A stretch of DNA of 63,831 nucleotides, counting the filler. It is 6 parts of 6 records of this genome, joined end to end, with 100 filler letters (N's around TTAATTAATTAA, not from the genome) between each part and the next. Parts side by side here need not be neighbours in the genome. Positions count along the whole stretch, not along the records: positions 20,635 to 35,722 come from SRR31156797_4755; 5 more parts are not named here. One strand, written 5' to 3'. Below, piece after piece: positions 20,635-31,456 of this stretch. Below the pieces are notes generated by a model. It saw nothing but the letters and a program-made list of their open reading frames with translations. It was not told the origin of the DNA and searched no databases. Both the position numbers and the translations under genes were made by a program. Numbering within the stretch: the first letter of the stretch is position 1; the number at the start of each line of letters is the position of its first letter.

Positions 20635-23600
20635 AATTGCATTCATAGGAGTTCGTATCTCATGACTCATATTAGCTAAAAACTCGCCTTTTGCCTGAGT
20701 TGCAGCCTCAGCTTCAGTTTTGGCTATTTTCAACTCTTCGAAAGATTGAGCCCTTCTCAAAGCTATCGCTGCCTGGGTCGCAAAGGCATTACACAGTTCA
20801 AGTACATCAGAATCAATTAAATCACTTGATTTAAAATATAGAGTCAGTTGACCTGTTAACTCATTATTAATAATAAAAGGAACTACTATTGCTGAGTTAA
20901 TTTCACTATTTTCTGATGAGTTTATAAATCCAAAATTGTTTTTAGTGTCATATATATCTTCTATTACCATTGTTTTTTGAGTTTCAATCATTTTTTCAGC
21001 AACTCTGTTGTTTTCTATTCCGAATTCTGCACCTAGAGCTTTATCAGAATTTTTAAAACCTTTCAGATAGATAATCTTAAACCTGTTTTCTCTGAATTCC
21101 TGAATAGAAGCAGAGTCATAAGGTACAACTTTTTGCATCCGGTCTATTATTGTTTCCAGAGTTTCATTCAGATCCATTGCTCCTCTTAATGCCAAGGATA
21201 CTTCGTATAGAGTTTCAACTTTCTCAAGAGCTTTTTGAATTCTTTCTTCGGCTAGTTTCCTATCACTTATATCATTTTTTAGTATAACAAAGTGACTTAT
21301 TTCAGCATTTTCACTTATAATAGGAGCAATAGAAACCTCTTCCCAAAATGTTTCTTTATTTTTACGTAAGCTTAATACTTCTCCTTTCCACACTTTTTTA
21401 TTTTGTAGTGTTTCCCAGATGTTTTTATAACTTGATTCTGATAAAGTAGTAGTTTGAAAGGTATTGGCATTTTCTCCTAAAACCTCATCTAATTCAAAAC
21501 CTGTTGACTCTAAGAAATTAGGATTAGCATATTCAACAATACCAAGTTCATCAGTGATAACTACTGCCAACGGACTGTGCTCTACAGCTTGAGATAGTTT
21601 CAACAGCTCTTTATTCAAGGCTGTAAGCTGTGCTGTTCTCCGAACTACTCTATCCTCCAGTTCTTCATTTGCTTTTGATAAAGCTTGATTTGCTCGCTCT
21701 CCGATGAAAATACTAAGTATTGTCAGCGAGCTTGAAAGAACAACAGTTAAGAACACTATTAATATGATTACTACTCTATCTATAAAGTATGGTCTTAAAG
21801 CTTCTACATAATCCATCTCGGCTGCAATACCAAAATGATAACGTGCATTCCATATCCAAGCTCCTACTACAGGAACTCCTCTGAAATCTCTATAACCACT
21901 TAAATTATGACCGTTATAACCAAGTAAAGCTTTTTCAGCCATAAAAGTATAATTCTGTTCATCGATTGATTTAACTATTTTATTTCCTTTGAGCAGGTTT
22001 ACTTCAGGGTCTTTTAGATTAATATTTAAAATACTCCCTTGATTTTTATCCAATAATCCTATCTGTTTCAATTGATCTTCAAATCTGTTTTTTGAAGTCA
22101 TAACTGCATTTTCATCAAATGTATATATGACACCACTTCTACCTACAAAACCAAAATTTGAAAATTTATCAAAATATTCTGAAGGTGATTCTTTTTTAAT
22201 TAATGCAGCGATTACTTTACCATAAGTATTTCTAACAGGTACAGCATAAAATGTTTTGGCAATATTTTGATTATCAAGCATCTCATTTGTAACAATTGGA
22301 GGAATATACTGACTAACTCCGTCAAAAACTTTCAATAATATTTTTGCTCTGTTTTTCCTGATTATATTTATTTCTCCCAATTCAGTATTAGTATCCGAAG
22401 CGATATTTATATAATCAGGTGCAATAACCGTGTATCCATGTTTATCCAAATGATAGTGATAAGTTTTAATATAGTTTCTAAGTATTCTTAACTCGTCACG
22501 TTCTTTTAAGTTTTCCCTGTCTTCACCAATAGCTAAAATACTTTCAACTGCTTTTACAAAGTCTCTTTGATTAGCTATTTCTTCAATATCTTCTATATTA
22601 TGATCTATCCATATTCTGAGAGAATCATTACTTTTTTCTATTAATGCTTCCATTGAATTTTTTACTCTTTGTTTAGTATTATCTTCTATTCTCTGTAGAA
22701 TAAACCATGTAACTACGATTATTACAGCCATAATAATTGATATTGTTAAAGTCACGAAATTTCTTATTCTAGTTGGAGAATACCTGGAGTCATCCGAACT
22801 TTTGTTACCAAATCCTCTACCTATCATAATAAAAATTAAAACTAAAGTTATAGTTATTATTATAAGCATTGAGATTAATCTTATTGATTCTTTTGAGGCT
22901 CCGGGTTCTTCCATTGGGATATTATAATAGTTTTCATCTCCCACCCATTTACTTATTATTTTACTAACTTCAGCTTCTGGAATAGCCTCTATAGCCTTAT
23001 TTAGAATCTGAGTCAGAATTGGCCAATCATCCCTTACTCCAAGTCCTAAGTCTACTCTTATCTCTGTTCTAGTATTAACTTTTAAATTCGATAAACCGTT
23101 TCGTTCTTTTTCATAAATAATAGTTGTTAAACTACCGATAAATGCATCTGTTTTTCCTGATAAAACTCCGTTAAGTCCTTCATTAACTGTTTCAAGTTTT
23201 ACAAAATTTATATCCGGATAAGTTTCTTCTAATTGTCTCACATAAGCATAAGCTCTGGGAACTCCTACAGTTTTTCCATTTAATCCATCCAATGAATCCA
23301 GCTGTTTATAACTATTTTGAGTAATTATTACAACAGGAATTTTCAAATAACCTTTTGTGAAATTTAAGTACTCGTCTCTCTCTAAATTATATAAAGCTGA
23401 GATTACATCTACTTCTCTTCTTTTTGCTAATTCCAAAGTTTCTGTCCATGTTTTAGTTTTAACTATTTCAAAATCTACCGGTAGTTTTTTCTCAATCAAC
23501 TCAATTATTTCAGCTGCGATTCCAATATACTCACCGTCTTCATTAAACGCTTCCTGAGGTAACCAACTGGGATCACCTGATAATTTTATTGTTGGATGAT

Positions 23601-25167
23601 TTTTTAGCCAATTTGCTTCCTCTTTTGTTAATTGAACTACATCCAAATCTTTTTCTACAAAACCTGTCCAGTTCTCTAATATCTTCATCTCTGTTTCAAG
23701 AGAAATACTATCAATTATTTTATCCAGGATATTTCTTAATATAACTCCGTCTTTTCTTACTCCTATTGAAAGTACGACTATTCTTTTAGTCAAAATTGTA
23801 GTAATATTTAGATTAGTTAAAAACTCTTTTTGAATAAAATAACTGGCTACTACTCTATTTCCTACATATGCTTCAATTTCTCCCTTGCTAAGTGCCTTAA
23901 GTGTTTCCAAAGTATTATTGTACTGTTTAATCTGAATCTCAGGATAATTTTTATTTAAATACTTTATATTATAGAATCCTTTTTCTATTCCTACTGTTTT
24001 TCCGTTTAATTGCTCCAAGGAGTTATATTGCTGCCCCTTATCTCTTACAACTATTGCATGTGCTACATTTGCATAAGGTTTTGTAAATTCAAAATGCTCC
24101 ATTCTTTCAGGTCTGGGAGTTATATCCATCAATGCATCAAGTTTTTTTTCTTTTACTAAATCATAACTCTCTTTGAATTCTGCCGGAACTATATTTATTT
24201 TCCCGCCTAACTCCTGATTAATTATATTCAGATACTCTATTCCTATTCCTTTTGGAACTCCTTTATTATCTACAAAATTAAGAGGTGGCCATGATGACAT
24301 CACCCCGATATTTATTTGATTCTGACTCTTTAACCACTCCTCTTCTTCAAGAGTAAATTTCGATAATTTTTTCCGTGGATTAATATTGATGTTTAACAAA
24401 ACTGAAAGCCATTTACTTGATATCTCAAGTTTTTGGGATTCATCCATGTCCAATATGACTTTATCAAGTATTCCGGTTAAAATCTCCCAATCTTTTCTTA
24501 CCCCAATAGATAGAGAATTACTTTCTGTGGAAAATTCTGACACTATTTTCAGCTGGGTAATATTTTCATTTTGCATATGATATGAGGCAACACTGATTCC
24601 TCCAACATAACCATCTGCTTTGCCAAATAAAACAGCTTTTACTCCTTCAAGAGGATTATCTACTAAATAAAGATTTGCATCAGGATGATTTTCTCTCAAA
24701 TCTTCATGAGTATAAAACTCCGCAGAAACAGCCAGTTTTTTAGTTCTAAAATCATCAATTCCGCTAATATCATTTCGATCTTTTCTAACGAATATTCCGC
24801 TTGGATAAGATACTAACGAATCAGTAAAACTAATATATTCTCTTCTCGATGGTGTATTTACAATTGAAGGTATTAAATCTATCTCTTTATTTTTTATCTT
24901 AGTCAGGGTCTCTTTCCAGGTCATCTTTTCAAGAAATTCAAACTCTATATCTAGTTTTTCTGAGAAATATTTTAAATAATCTGAGAATATACCCTGATTT
25001 TGATTATTTTTTCTATAGTTAAATGGAGGTGCTTGATAATCACTTCCTACCCTAATAATTTTATGCTCTTTTAACCATTGCTTCTCATCTGCTGTTAACT
25101 CCAGCATTGCGAATACTTTGAATGTTGTAATTAGTAATAATATCAATAGAATAAATCTCTTTTTCAA
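20635..25167 (-). CDS. Sensor histidine kinase: 3 periplasmic SBP (PBPb) domains, Cache-like domain, PAS, GAF, HisKA (3'-truncated)
   Basis: Three SBP_bac_3 repeats (PPFNY/PPLNF/LPQEA...GVRKDW), PAS ([11 protein letters not shown]...WKGE), GAF, H-box [19 protein letters not shown] start with GGAGG RBS. Confidence 0.9.
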
Positions 25168-25339
25168 AGTTTTGCCTCCCTCTATAATGTGCTTTTATTT
25201 ATTTTGAATTTTATATGCAAAATGTACTACTAAATTATACCTCTAAAATCGAGAAAAATAATCAAAAATTTGAAAAATATTGATTTAATACAAAATCGAC
25301 CTAAAATAGATTTAAGTCGATTTAATATTAATTATTTTT

Positions 25340-27280
25340 TTATTTCTCAATTTTATTTCTACCGCTTTTTTTTGCATAATACAGGAGTTCATCTGCTCTC
25401 TTTAGCATTTGCAGGCAATCTTCTCCGTAGTTTTCTACTACTCCGCCACTTATAGTTATTTTTTCACCATTATTAAAATCCCATAATATACTCTCTACTT
25501 CTTCTCTTATTCTATTTGAAACTAAATATGCCTGCGCCAGATCAGTTTCAGGGAAAATAACCAAAAACTCTTCTCCTCCGTAACGCCCTATATAGTCAGG
25601 CTTTCTTAGCATATCGCTAATTCGTTTCGAGAGCTCAACCAGAACTTTATCTCCGGATAGATGCCCAAAATTATCATTCACTTTTTTAAAGAAATCAATA
25701 TCAAATAGAAGAATAGCTAACTTCTTTTTATATCTTGTAGAACGTGCTATCTCTTTTTCCAAACTTTCCATAATATGTTTTCTATTGAAAATCTGAGTTA
25801 AACCATCTGTTATAGCCAGGTTTTTCAAGGAATTAAGCGCTTCTTCCGCTACTTCCTCTTTCTCTTTTAGCTCACTTATCATTGTATTAAAATAACCTGT
25901 CAAATCACCTATTTCTGTTCCAAATTCTACATTTATTTTTTCAGTATTTTTAAAATTTCTAGTCTCTATAATTTTTTTAACTGAATTGGATAATTCTAAC
26001 ACCCCTGAGCTGGCTCCATGCTCAGAGATATTTAGGCCAATCTCTTCGTAAGCACGAGGTACACGCATAGGAGAAAATTTATCTACTATTTTCATAATTA
26101 TATATGATATTCCAAAGGCCCAAATGAAACAAACTAAACATCCCACTATTTGAATCATAACCTGCTGACCACGTGTGATTTCAAATTTTATTAAAAACTT
26201 ATCTTTGATAAATAAACCTGTGGCTATAGTTCCCCATATACCACAGAAACCATGAACAGGAATCGCTCCAACTACATCATCGAGTTTCAATCTCTCCAAT
26301 AGAAGTGTCCCAAAGTACACAATAAGCCCTGATATCATACCTACAAAAATTGTACTAATAGTATTAATATAATAACATCCTGCGGTAATTCCAACTAAAC
26401 CGCCAAGAATTCCATTTATAATCATCTCCGGTTCCGGTAATCGGTTTTCACTCAATAACCAGCTGACAAACAAAGCTGTCACTCCTCCAAAAGATGCTGA
26501 TATAATCGTATTCGCCAAAATATTTGATACTTCCTTTGTAGCTGCAAATGTACTACCTGCATTAAAACCAAACCAGCCAAAGAATAGAAGAAAAACACCT
26601 AAATATGCAAAAACCAGATTATGTCCTCTTATTTTCCTAACTTTTCCACTTGAAGAAAATCTATGTAATCTCGGTCCGATTATGACTATTCCAGCCAGAC
26701 CTACCCATGCACCTGTAGAGTGAACTACTGTAGAGCCGGCAAAATCAAGAAATCCAATCTTTTGTAACCATCCTAAATTATCTGTGTAAAAGAAGTTTCC
26801 CCAAGCCCAGTGTCCAAAAATAGGGTAAATAAAAGCTGAAGTGATAAAAGACATCAATAGATAAGTACTAAACTTTGCTCTCTCTGCAACTGCACCAGAA
26901 TCAATGGTTGCAGATGTTCCAACGAATACAGCCTGAAATACGAAAAAAGTTGATTTCCAGGTATCCAATTCAAAATTAACGAAAAAATCACTAAAACCCA
27001 TAAAACCATTTAATGACTCACCGAACATCAAACCAAATCCGATAAGCCAAAAGGCAACAATAGATAAAATGAAATCAGACATGTTTTTGATAGCAACATT
27101 TATAGAGTTTTTTGCTCTGGTTAATCCTGTCTCTAAAGCCATAAAACCTGCCTGCATAATAAAAACAAGCATTGCCGAGATCAACACCCAAAGATAATCT
27201 AAAATATCTTTTTCAACATGATTAGCTGAATATGCTATTTTTCCTATAATTATTAACAAAACAAACATCCTCTTTAGCAT
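25340..27280 (-). CDS. amt: Ammonium transporter (Amt) fused to GGDEF diguanylate cyclase
   Basis: Amt signatures MQAGF, DFAGSTVVH, DDVVGAIPVHG; then DGLT, DIDFFKKVND, RKPD and GGEEF; RBS GAGGTG before the ATG at 27280. Confidence 0.93.
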   Translation of the reverse strand: MLKRMFVLLIIIGKIAYSANHVEKDILDYLWVLISAMLVFIMQAGFMALETGLTRAKNSINVAIKNMSDFILSIVAFWLIGFGLMFGESLNGFMGFSDFFVNFELDTWKSTFFVFQAVFVGTSATIDSGAVAERAKFSTYLLMSFITSAFIYPIFGHWAWGNFFYTDNLGWLQKIGFLDFAGSTVVHSTGAWVGLAGIVIIGPRLHRFSSSGKVRKIRGHNLVFAYLGVFLLFFGWFGFNAGSTFAATKEVSNILANTIISASFGGVTALFVSWLLSENRLPEPEMIINGILGGLVGITAGCYYINTISTIFVGMISGLIVYFGTLLLERLKLDDVVGAIPVHGFCGIWGTIATGLFIKDKFLIKFEITRGQQVMIQIVGCLVCFIWAFGISYIIMKIVDKFSPMRVPRAYEEIGLNISEHGASSGVLELSNSVKKIIETRNFKNTEKINVEFGTEIGDLTGYFNTMISELKEKEEVAEEALNSLKNLAITDGLTQIFNRKHIMESLEKEIARSTRYKKKLAILLFDIDFFKKVNDNFGHLSGDKVLVELSKRISDMLRKPDYIGRYGGEEFLVIFPETDLAQAYLVSNRIREEVESILWDFNNGEKITISGGVVENYGEDCLQMLKRADELLYYAKKSGRNKIEK

Positions 27281-27511
27281 AATTATCACCTCTGTATAAA
27301 ACTTAATATCATAATAAAAACTCTTATACATAAAATATATCATTGATATGATTCTTATTCAAATATATATACTATATATATATTATTAAAGCTTGATATA
27401 TCTACTTTTATATATTTTAATAATATTTTTTCTTAACTTTGATTATTTTTAGTCAAGCATAATAATGACTTCCTCGCCAATAATCACTACAAATACTTAT
27501 CTGAATATATA

Positions 27512-27552
27512 TTTATTTGTAGGGGCAATTCATGAATTGCCCTACAAATAAA
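27512..27552. repeat. GTAG-type REP-like palindrome
   Basis: TTTATTTGTAGGGGCAATTCATGAATTGCCCTACAAATAAA near-perfect palindrome. Confidence 0.6.
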
Positions 27553-27588
27553 AAACGAAACCGGATTAATCATCCGATTTCGTTTTTT
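27550..27588 (-). terminator. Terminator after metH
   Basis: AAAAAACGAAA.CGGAT...ATCCG.TTTCGTTTTTT hairpin. Confidence 0.7.
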
Positions 27589-27607
27589 ATTTTATATTTA
27601 ATTCTAG

Positions 27608-30600
27608 TTATGATAAAACTGATAAATATTTTTTCATCTCATCAATACTAAATTCTTTACTCTCTGCCATCTCTTTTATCTGATCTTCAAATATTGTTCG
27701 CGGGCTGATATATTCACTTTTAGGGTTTCCTATATAGACACCACATACAGTAGAGCCCGGGCTCATAGCAAAATTAGAGCTTAATTTAGCTCCTGTTCTC
27801 TCAGCATCTAATAGATGAAAGATATCTTTTTTGCCTGTATGATCAGGCAGACATGGATAACCAATTGCAGGTCTAAGATTTACATCCCAATTAGTCTCAG
27901 AAATATAAGTCTCCAGATATTCAGAAGTGGCTTCAGCAAGTGTGTTAGCTAGTAATTGATGGATAATATTATTATTATCCCCAGCTGTTACTGAACCAAC
28001 GAAAGCGCCGATGTAGTCTTGCTCCTCTATATAATCTGCCAGACATTCATTTGTTTTACCTTGATTTCTAAATAGCACCATCTCAACATCAGCAAAATTT
28101 ATCGTATCATCTTTCCTAGTTGATGGATAAACAGCATAAACTGCTTTTGCTTTTACATTCTCTTTTTTCCACTGTGTTAATAACTCTCTCGCTTCATTCA
28201 TACTCTTCTCTTCATATGGAGTTCCTTTAACTTTAAGTGCTCCTAGAAATATACTCCAATCCATTAAAGGCTCAAGCGTCTCTATAGAAATCTCTATATA
28301 TTCTACTTCATTAAGTTTTTTAGGAACTGTTGGAGTATAAGTTAATTGATTTCTCTGATTTCTTGCTTCCTCTATTGTTCTAGTAACTTTTTTACCTTGA
28401 TTATTCAGATAAGCTGTTCTCATCAGATCATATGCTTTCATAGTTTTCTCTACATATGCCTCTTTTGCCTCTCCTAAAAGTTCTGCAACTACCGGCAGAG
28501 TTGATGATGCATCAGTTACATGGAACACTCTGTTTTTATATTTTGGTTCTATTTTCAATGAAGTATGCAGTCTTGAAGTTGCTGCACCACCTATTAGAAT
28601 AGGTAGTTTCATTCCCTTTTCTTCGAATAGAGTTACTACTTCCTGCATCTCAGTAAGTGATGGAGTTATCAAACCACTTAGAGTTACTATATCAGCTTTA
28701 TTTTTAATAGCCTGCTCCAATATAGTCTCTTTCTCAACCATTACTCCAAGGTCGATTACTTCATAGCCGTTACACTTAAGCACTGTACCTGTTATATTTT
28801 TACCTATATCATGTACATCTCCACGTACTGTACACATCTGTATCGTTCCCCTAGATGATGTACCTACGCTCTCTGCTTCCATAAGCGGAGTTAGTATAGA
28901 TACGGCTCTCTCCATTACAGATGCTGATCTGATAATCTGCGGCAGATAGAGTTCACCTGCTTCGAATTTATCTCCAACTACCTGCATAGCATCCATCAAT
29001 ACAGTTTGAATAAGATTAAGCGGTGAGTAGTTTCCTAATGCTTCATTTACATCAGCATCAAAAGTAGAACTTCCACCTTTTAAAATTGCTGATTTTAATC
29101 TATCCTCTACACTTAGATTAATAACTTCTTTAACTTCAACTTTGGTTGATACTGCACCGTCAAAATTATAATCAAGTATCTCATCAACTACATCTTCACC
29201 ATCCAGCATCTTTTCTACTATTACTTTTAAATCTTCCGGTATTTCATCAACTCTCTCTCCCGGATTAACTATCGCCATTGATAAACCTTCTGCAATTGCT
29301 CTTTCCAGAAATAGTTGATGAATTACTTTTCTCAAGAGATTATTTCCTCTGAAAGAGAATGACAGATTACTAATTCCACCACTTGTTTTTGCACCTGGTA
29401 GTTTATCCTTTATCCATTTAACTGACTTGATAAAGTCAACAGCATGATATTGATCTTCCTCTCTACCTGTACCTATAGTCAGGATATTCGTATCAAAAAC
29501 TATATCTTCTCCATCCCAGCCATTTTCTCGTAGTAACCAATACGCTCTCTCAGCAATAGCTGTTTTTCTCTCAAAATTAGCCGCTTGCCCCTCTTCATCA
29601 AATGCCATTATTACTACAGCAGCTCCGTATCTTTTGATGATCTCAGCTTTTTTTAGAAAATCCTCTTCACCCTCTTTTAAACTTATAGAGTTAACTATTG
29701 CTCTACCGGGGATAATTTTTAAGGCTTTCTCAATAATACTAAAATCAGATGAATCTATCATTACAGGGACTTTGGATGTATAAGCATCATTTCCTAATAT
29801 TTTTAGGAACTTTTCCATCTCTATCGCAGACTCAAGCATAGCATCATCTAGATTTATATCTATTATATGAGCTCCTTTTTCTATCTGTGTTCTTGATATT
29901 TCCAGAGCCTCTTCATATTTTTCCTCTTCTATTAATCTTTTGAACTTTCTCGATCCCGCTACGTTATTTCTCTCACCAACTACATAAAAATCTATATCTT
30001 TTGTAAGAGTTGCACTTCCTGACAGAAAAAACTCTCTTTCTGCTTTTTTAATCTCTCTCGGTGCTTTGTCTGCTGAATAATCAGCTAGTAATTTGATATG
30101 TTTCTCCGTTGTTCCGCAACATCCACCTATCAGATTTACTTTACCATTATCAATTAAAGGTTTCAGATAATTTAGTGTTACTTCAGGTGCTTCATCATAC
30201 TCACCCTCTGCATTTGGCAGACCTGCATTTGGATAAAGTGATAGATATTTATCTGTTGCTTTCTCTAACTGCTCAACTAAAGGTACTAAATCCTTAGCTC
30301 CAAATGAACAGTTTAGACCAAATGAAAGTATAGAATCTCTATCTATAGCTCGTACAAGTGAGAACATATCCTGTCCAGATAGAAGTCTTCCACCTTTATC
30401 AACAGTTGCCGATATCATTATAGGTATCTCTCTGTTTTTCTCCTTTGCAGCTGCTTCACATGCCAGTACAGCAGCCTTTGCATTCAGGCCATCAAATATA
30501 GTCTCTATTAGGAACAGGTCAACTCCACCGTCAGCTAAGCCCTCTGCCTGTAGTTTATATGCCTCATATAGATCATCAAAGCTAACTTCACGGGAGATAG

Positions 30601-30991
30601 GATTTTCTTTCGTAGGAATAGAGGCACTTTTACTAGTAGGCCCCATTGAACCTGCAACCCATACTTTTCTTTCCTGAGATTCTGCTACTTCTTTAGCTAT
30701 CTTCGCTCCCTCATAAGCTAGTTTATATGTCATATCCTCTATCTTATACTCTCTCAGTGATATCAGATTAGCATTAAAAGTATTAGTTTCTATGACATCT
30801 GATCCTGCAGTTATATAACTTTTATGTATAGCTGCAATTACATCTTTTCTATTGATATTCAGTATCTCATGACAGCCTGTTAACTCTTCACCTTCATGAA
30901 TATAATCAGTTTTAGGCAGATTATAATTTTGTATAGCTGTACCTGTAGCACCATCTAATATTATTATTCGTTTATTTAATCTCTCTTTCAT
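27608..30991 (-). CDS. metH: Cobalamin-dependent methionine synthase
   Basis: LDGATGT, GLNCS and GGCCGTT (Zn), pterin domain GERNN...SGGISNLSFSFRGN, B12 motif DVHDIGKN, activation domain RPAIGYP. Confidence 0.97.
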   Translation of the reverse strand: MKERLNKRIIILDGATGTAIQNYNLPKTDYIHEGEELTGCHEILNINRKDVIAAIHKSYITAGSDVIETNTFNANLISLREYKIEDMTYKLAYEGAKIAKEVAESQERKVWVAGSMGPTSKSASIPTKENPISREVSFDDLYEAYKLQAEGLADGGVDLFLIETIFDGLNAKAAVLACEAAAKEKNREIPIMISATVDKGGRLLSGQDMFSLVRAIDRDSILSFGLNCSFGAKDLVPLVEQLEKATDKYLSLYPNAGLPNAEGEYDEAPEVTLNYLKPLIDNGKVNLIGGCCGTTEKHIKLLADYSADKAPREIKKAEREFFLSGSATLTKDIDFYVVGERNNVAGSRKFKRLIEEEKYEEALEISRTQIEKGAHIIDINLDDAMLESAIEMEKFLKILGNDAYTSKVPVMIDSSDFSIIEKALKIIPGRAIVNSISLKEGEEDFLKKAEIIKRYGAAVVIMAFDEEGQAANFERKTAIAERAYWLLRENGWDGEDIVFDTNILTIGTGREEDQYHAVDFIKSVKWIKDKLPGAKTSGGISNLSFSFRGNNLLRKVIHQLFLERAIAEGLSMAIVNPGERVDEIPEDLKVIVEKMLDGEDVVDEILDYNFDGAVSTKVEVKEVINLSVEDRLKSAILKGGSSTFDADVNEALGNYSPLNLIQTVLMDAMQVVGDKFEAGELYLPQIIRSASVMERAVSILTPLMEAESVGTSSRGTIQMCTVRGDVHDIGKNITGTVLKCNGYEVIDLGVMVEKETILEQAIKNKADIVTLSGLITPSLTEMQEVVTLFEEKGMKLPILIGGAATSRLHTSLKIEPKYKNRVFHVTDASSTLPVVAELLGEAKEAYVEKTMKAYDLMRTAYLNNQGKKVTRTIEEARNQRNQLTYTPTVPKKLNEVEYIEISIETLEPLMDWSIFLGALKVKGTPYEEKSMNEARELLTQWKKENVKAKAVYAVYPSTRKDDTINFADVEMVLFRNQGKTNECLADYIEEQDYIGAFVGSVTAGDNNNIIHQLLANTLAEATSEYLETYISETNWDVNLRPAIGYPCLPDHTGKKDIFHLLDAERTGAKLSSNFAMSPGSTVCGVYIGNPKSEYISPRTIFEDQIKEMAESKEFSIDEMKKYLSVLS

Positions 30992-31040
30992 TAGGTCAAC
31001 TCCTCAAATTTATTTTCCTCTAGTATTATTCAATATATTT

Positions 31041-31073
31041 AAAAAAAGACCTCTTAATTTCTTAAGAGGTCTT
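31041..31073 (-). terminator. Expression-platform terminator of the SAM riboswitch
   Basis: Minus strand AAGACCTCTT-N8-AAGAGGTCTTTTTTT, between the aptamer and the metH start. Confidence 0.85.
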
Positions 31074-31112
31074 CTATGTATATCTCCACAAGTGGTTTAC
31101 ATATAAAATTTC

Positions 31113-31218
31113 CTCTTATCTTCTGATATAAAATATCACTGAAATTAGCACCACACCTAATATTAAGCAGGTTGCTGAGATATCACAGGGTCAGTCCCTC
31201 AACCTCTCTCGATAAGTT
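31113..31218 (-). ncRNA. SAM-I (S-box) riboswitch
   Basis: Minus strand CTTATCGAGAGAGGTTGAGGGACTGACCC...GCAACC...GGTGCTAATT...GATAAG, upstream of metH. Confidence 0.95.
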
Positions 31219-31414
31219 TTATTATCATTTCATTTTTATTTTAATTACAACTATTTTAACTTTCTTTACAAGTTAAATCAAATATATAAAATAAATGTTT
31301 TATTCGTTTCATACAATTTTCGCTAATAAAGAATTATAATTGGACTGAGCTGAAATAACAAGTACAAAGATTTTTTATACTTAGTATGATTAATTATTGT
31401 TTTGAATATTTAAA

Positions 31415-31443
31415 GGGCTATAGTCTGACATTGACTATAGCCC
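31415..31443 (-). terminator. Terminator after the MCP gene
   Basis: GGGCTATAGTC-N7-GACTATAGCCC. Confidence 0.75.
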
Positions 31444-31456
31444 ATGTTAATTAAAT

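Noticed and set aside
27361-27390. TA dinucleotide run upstream of amt
   Set aside because: Low-complexity AT-rich sequence; no TnrA/GlnR or sigma54 motif could be identified.
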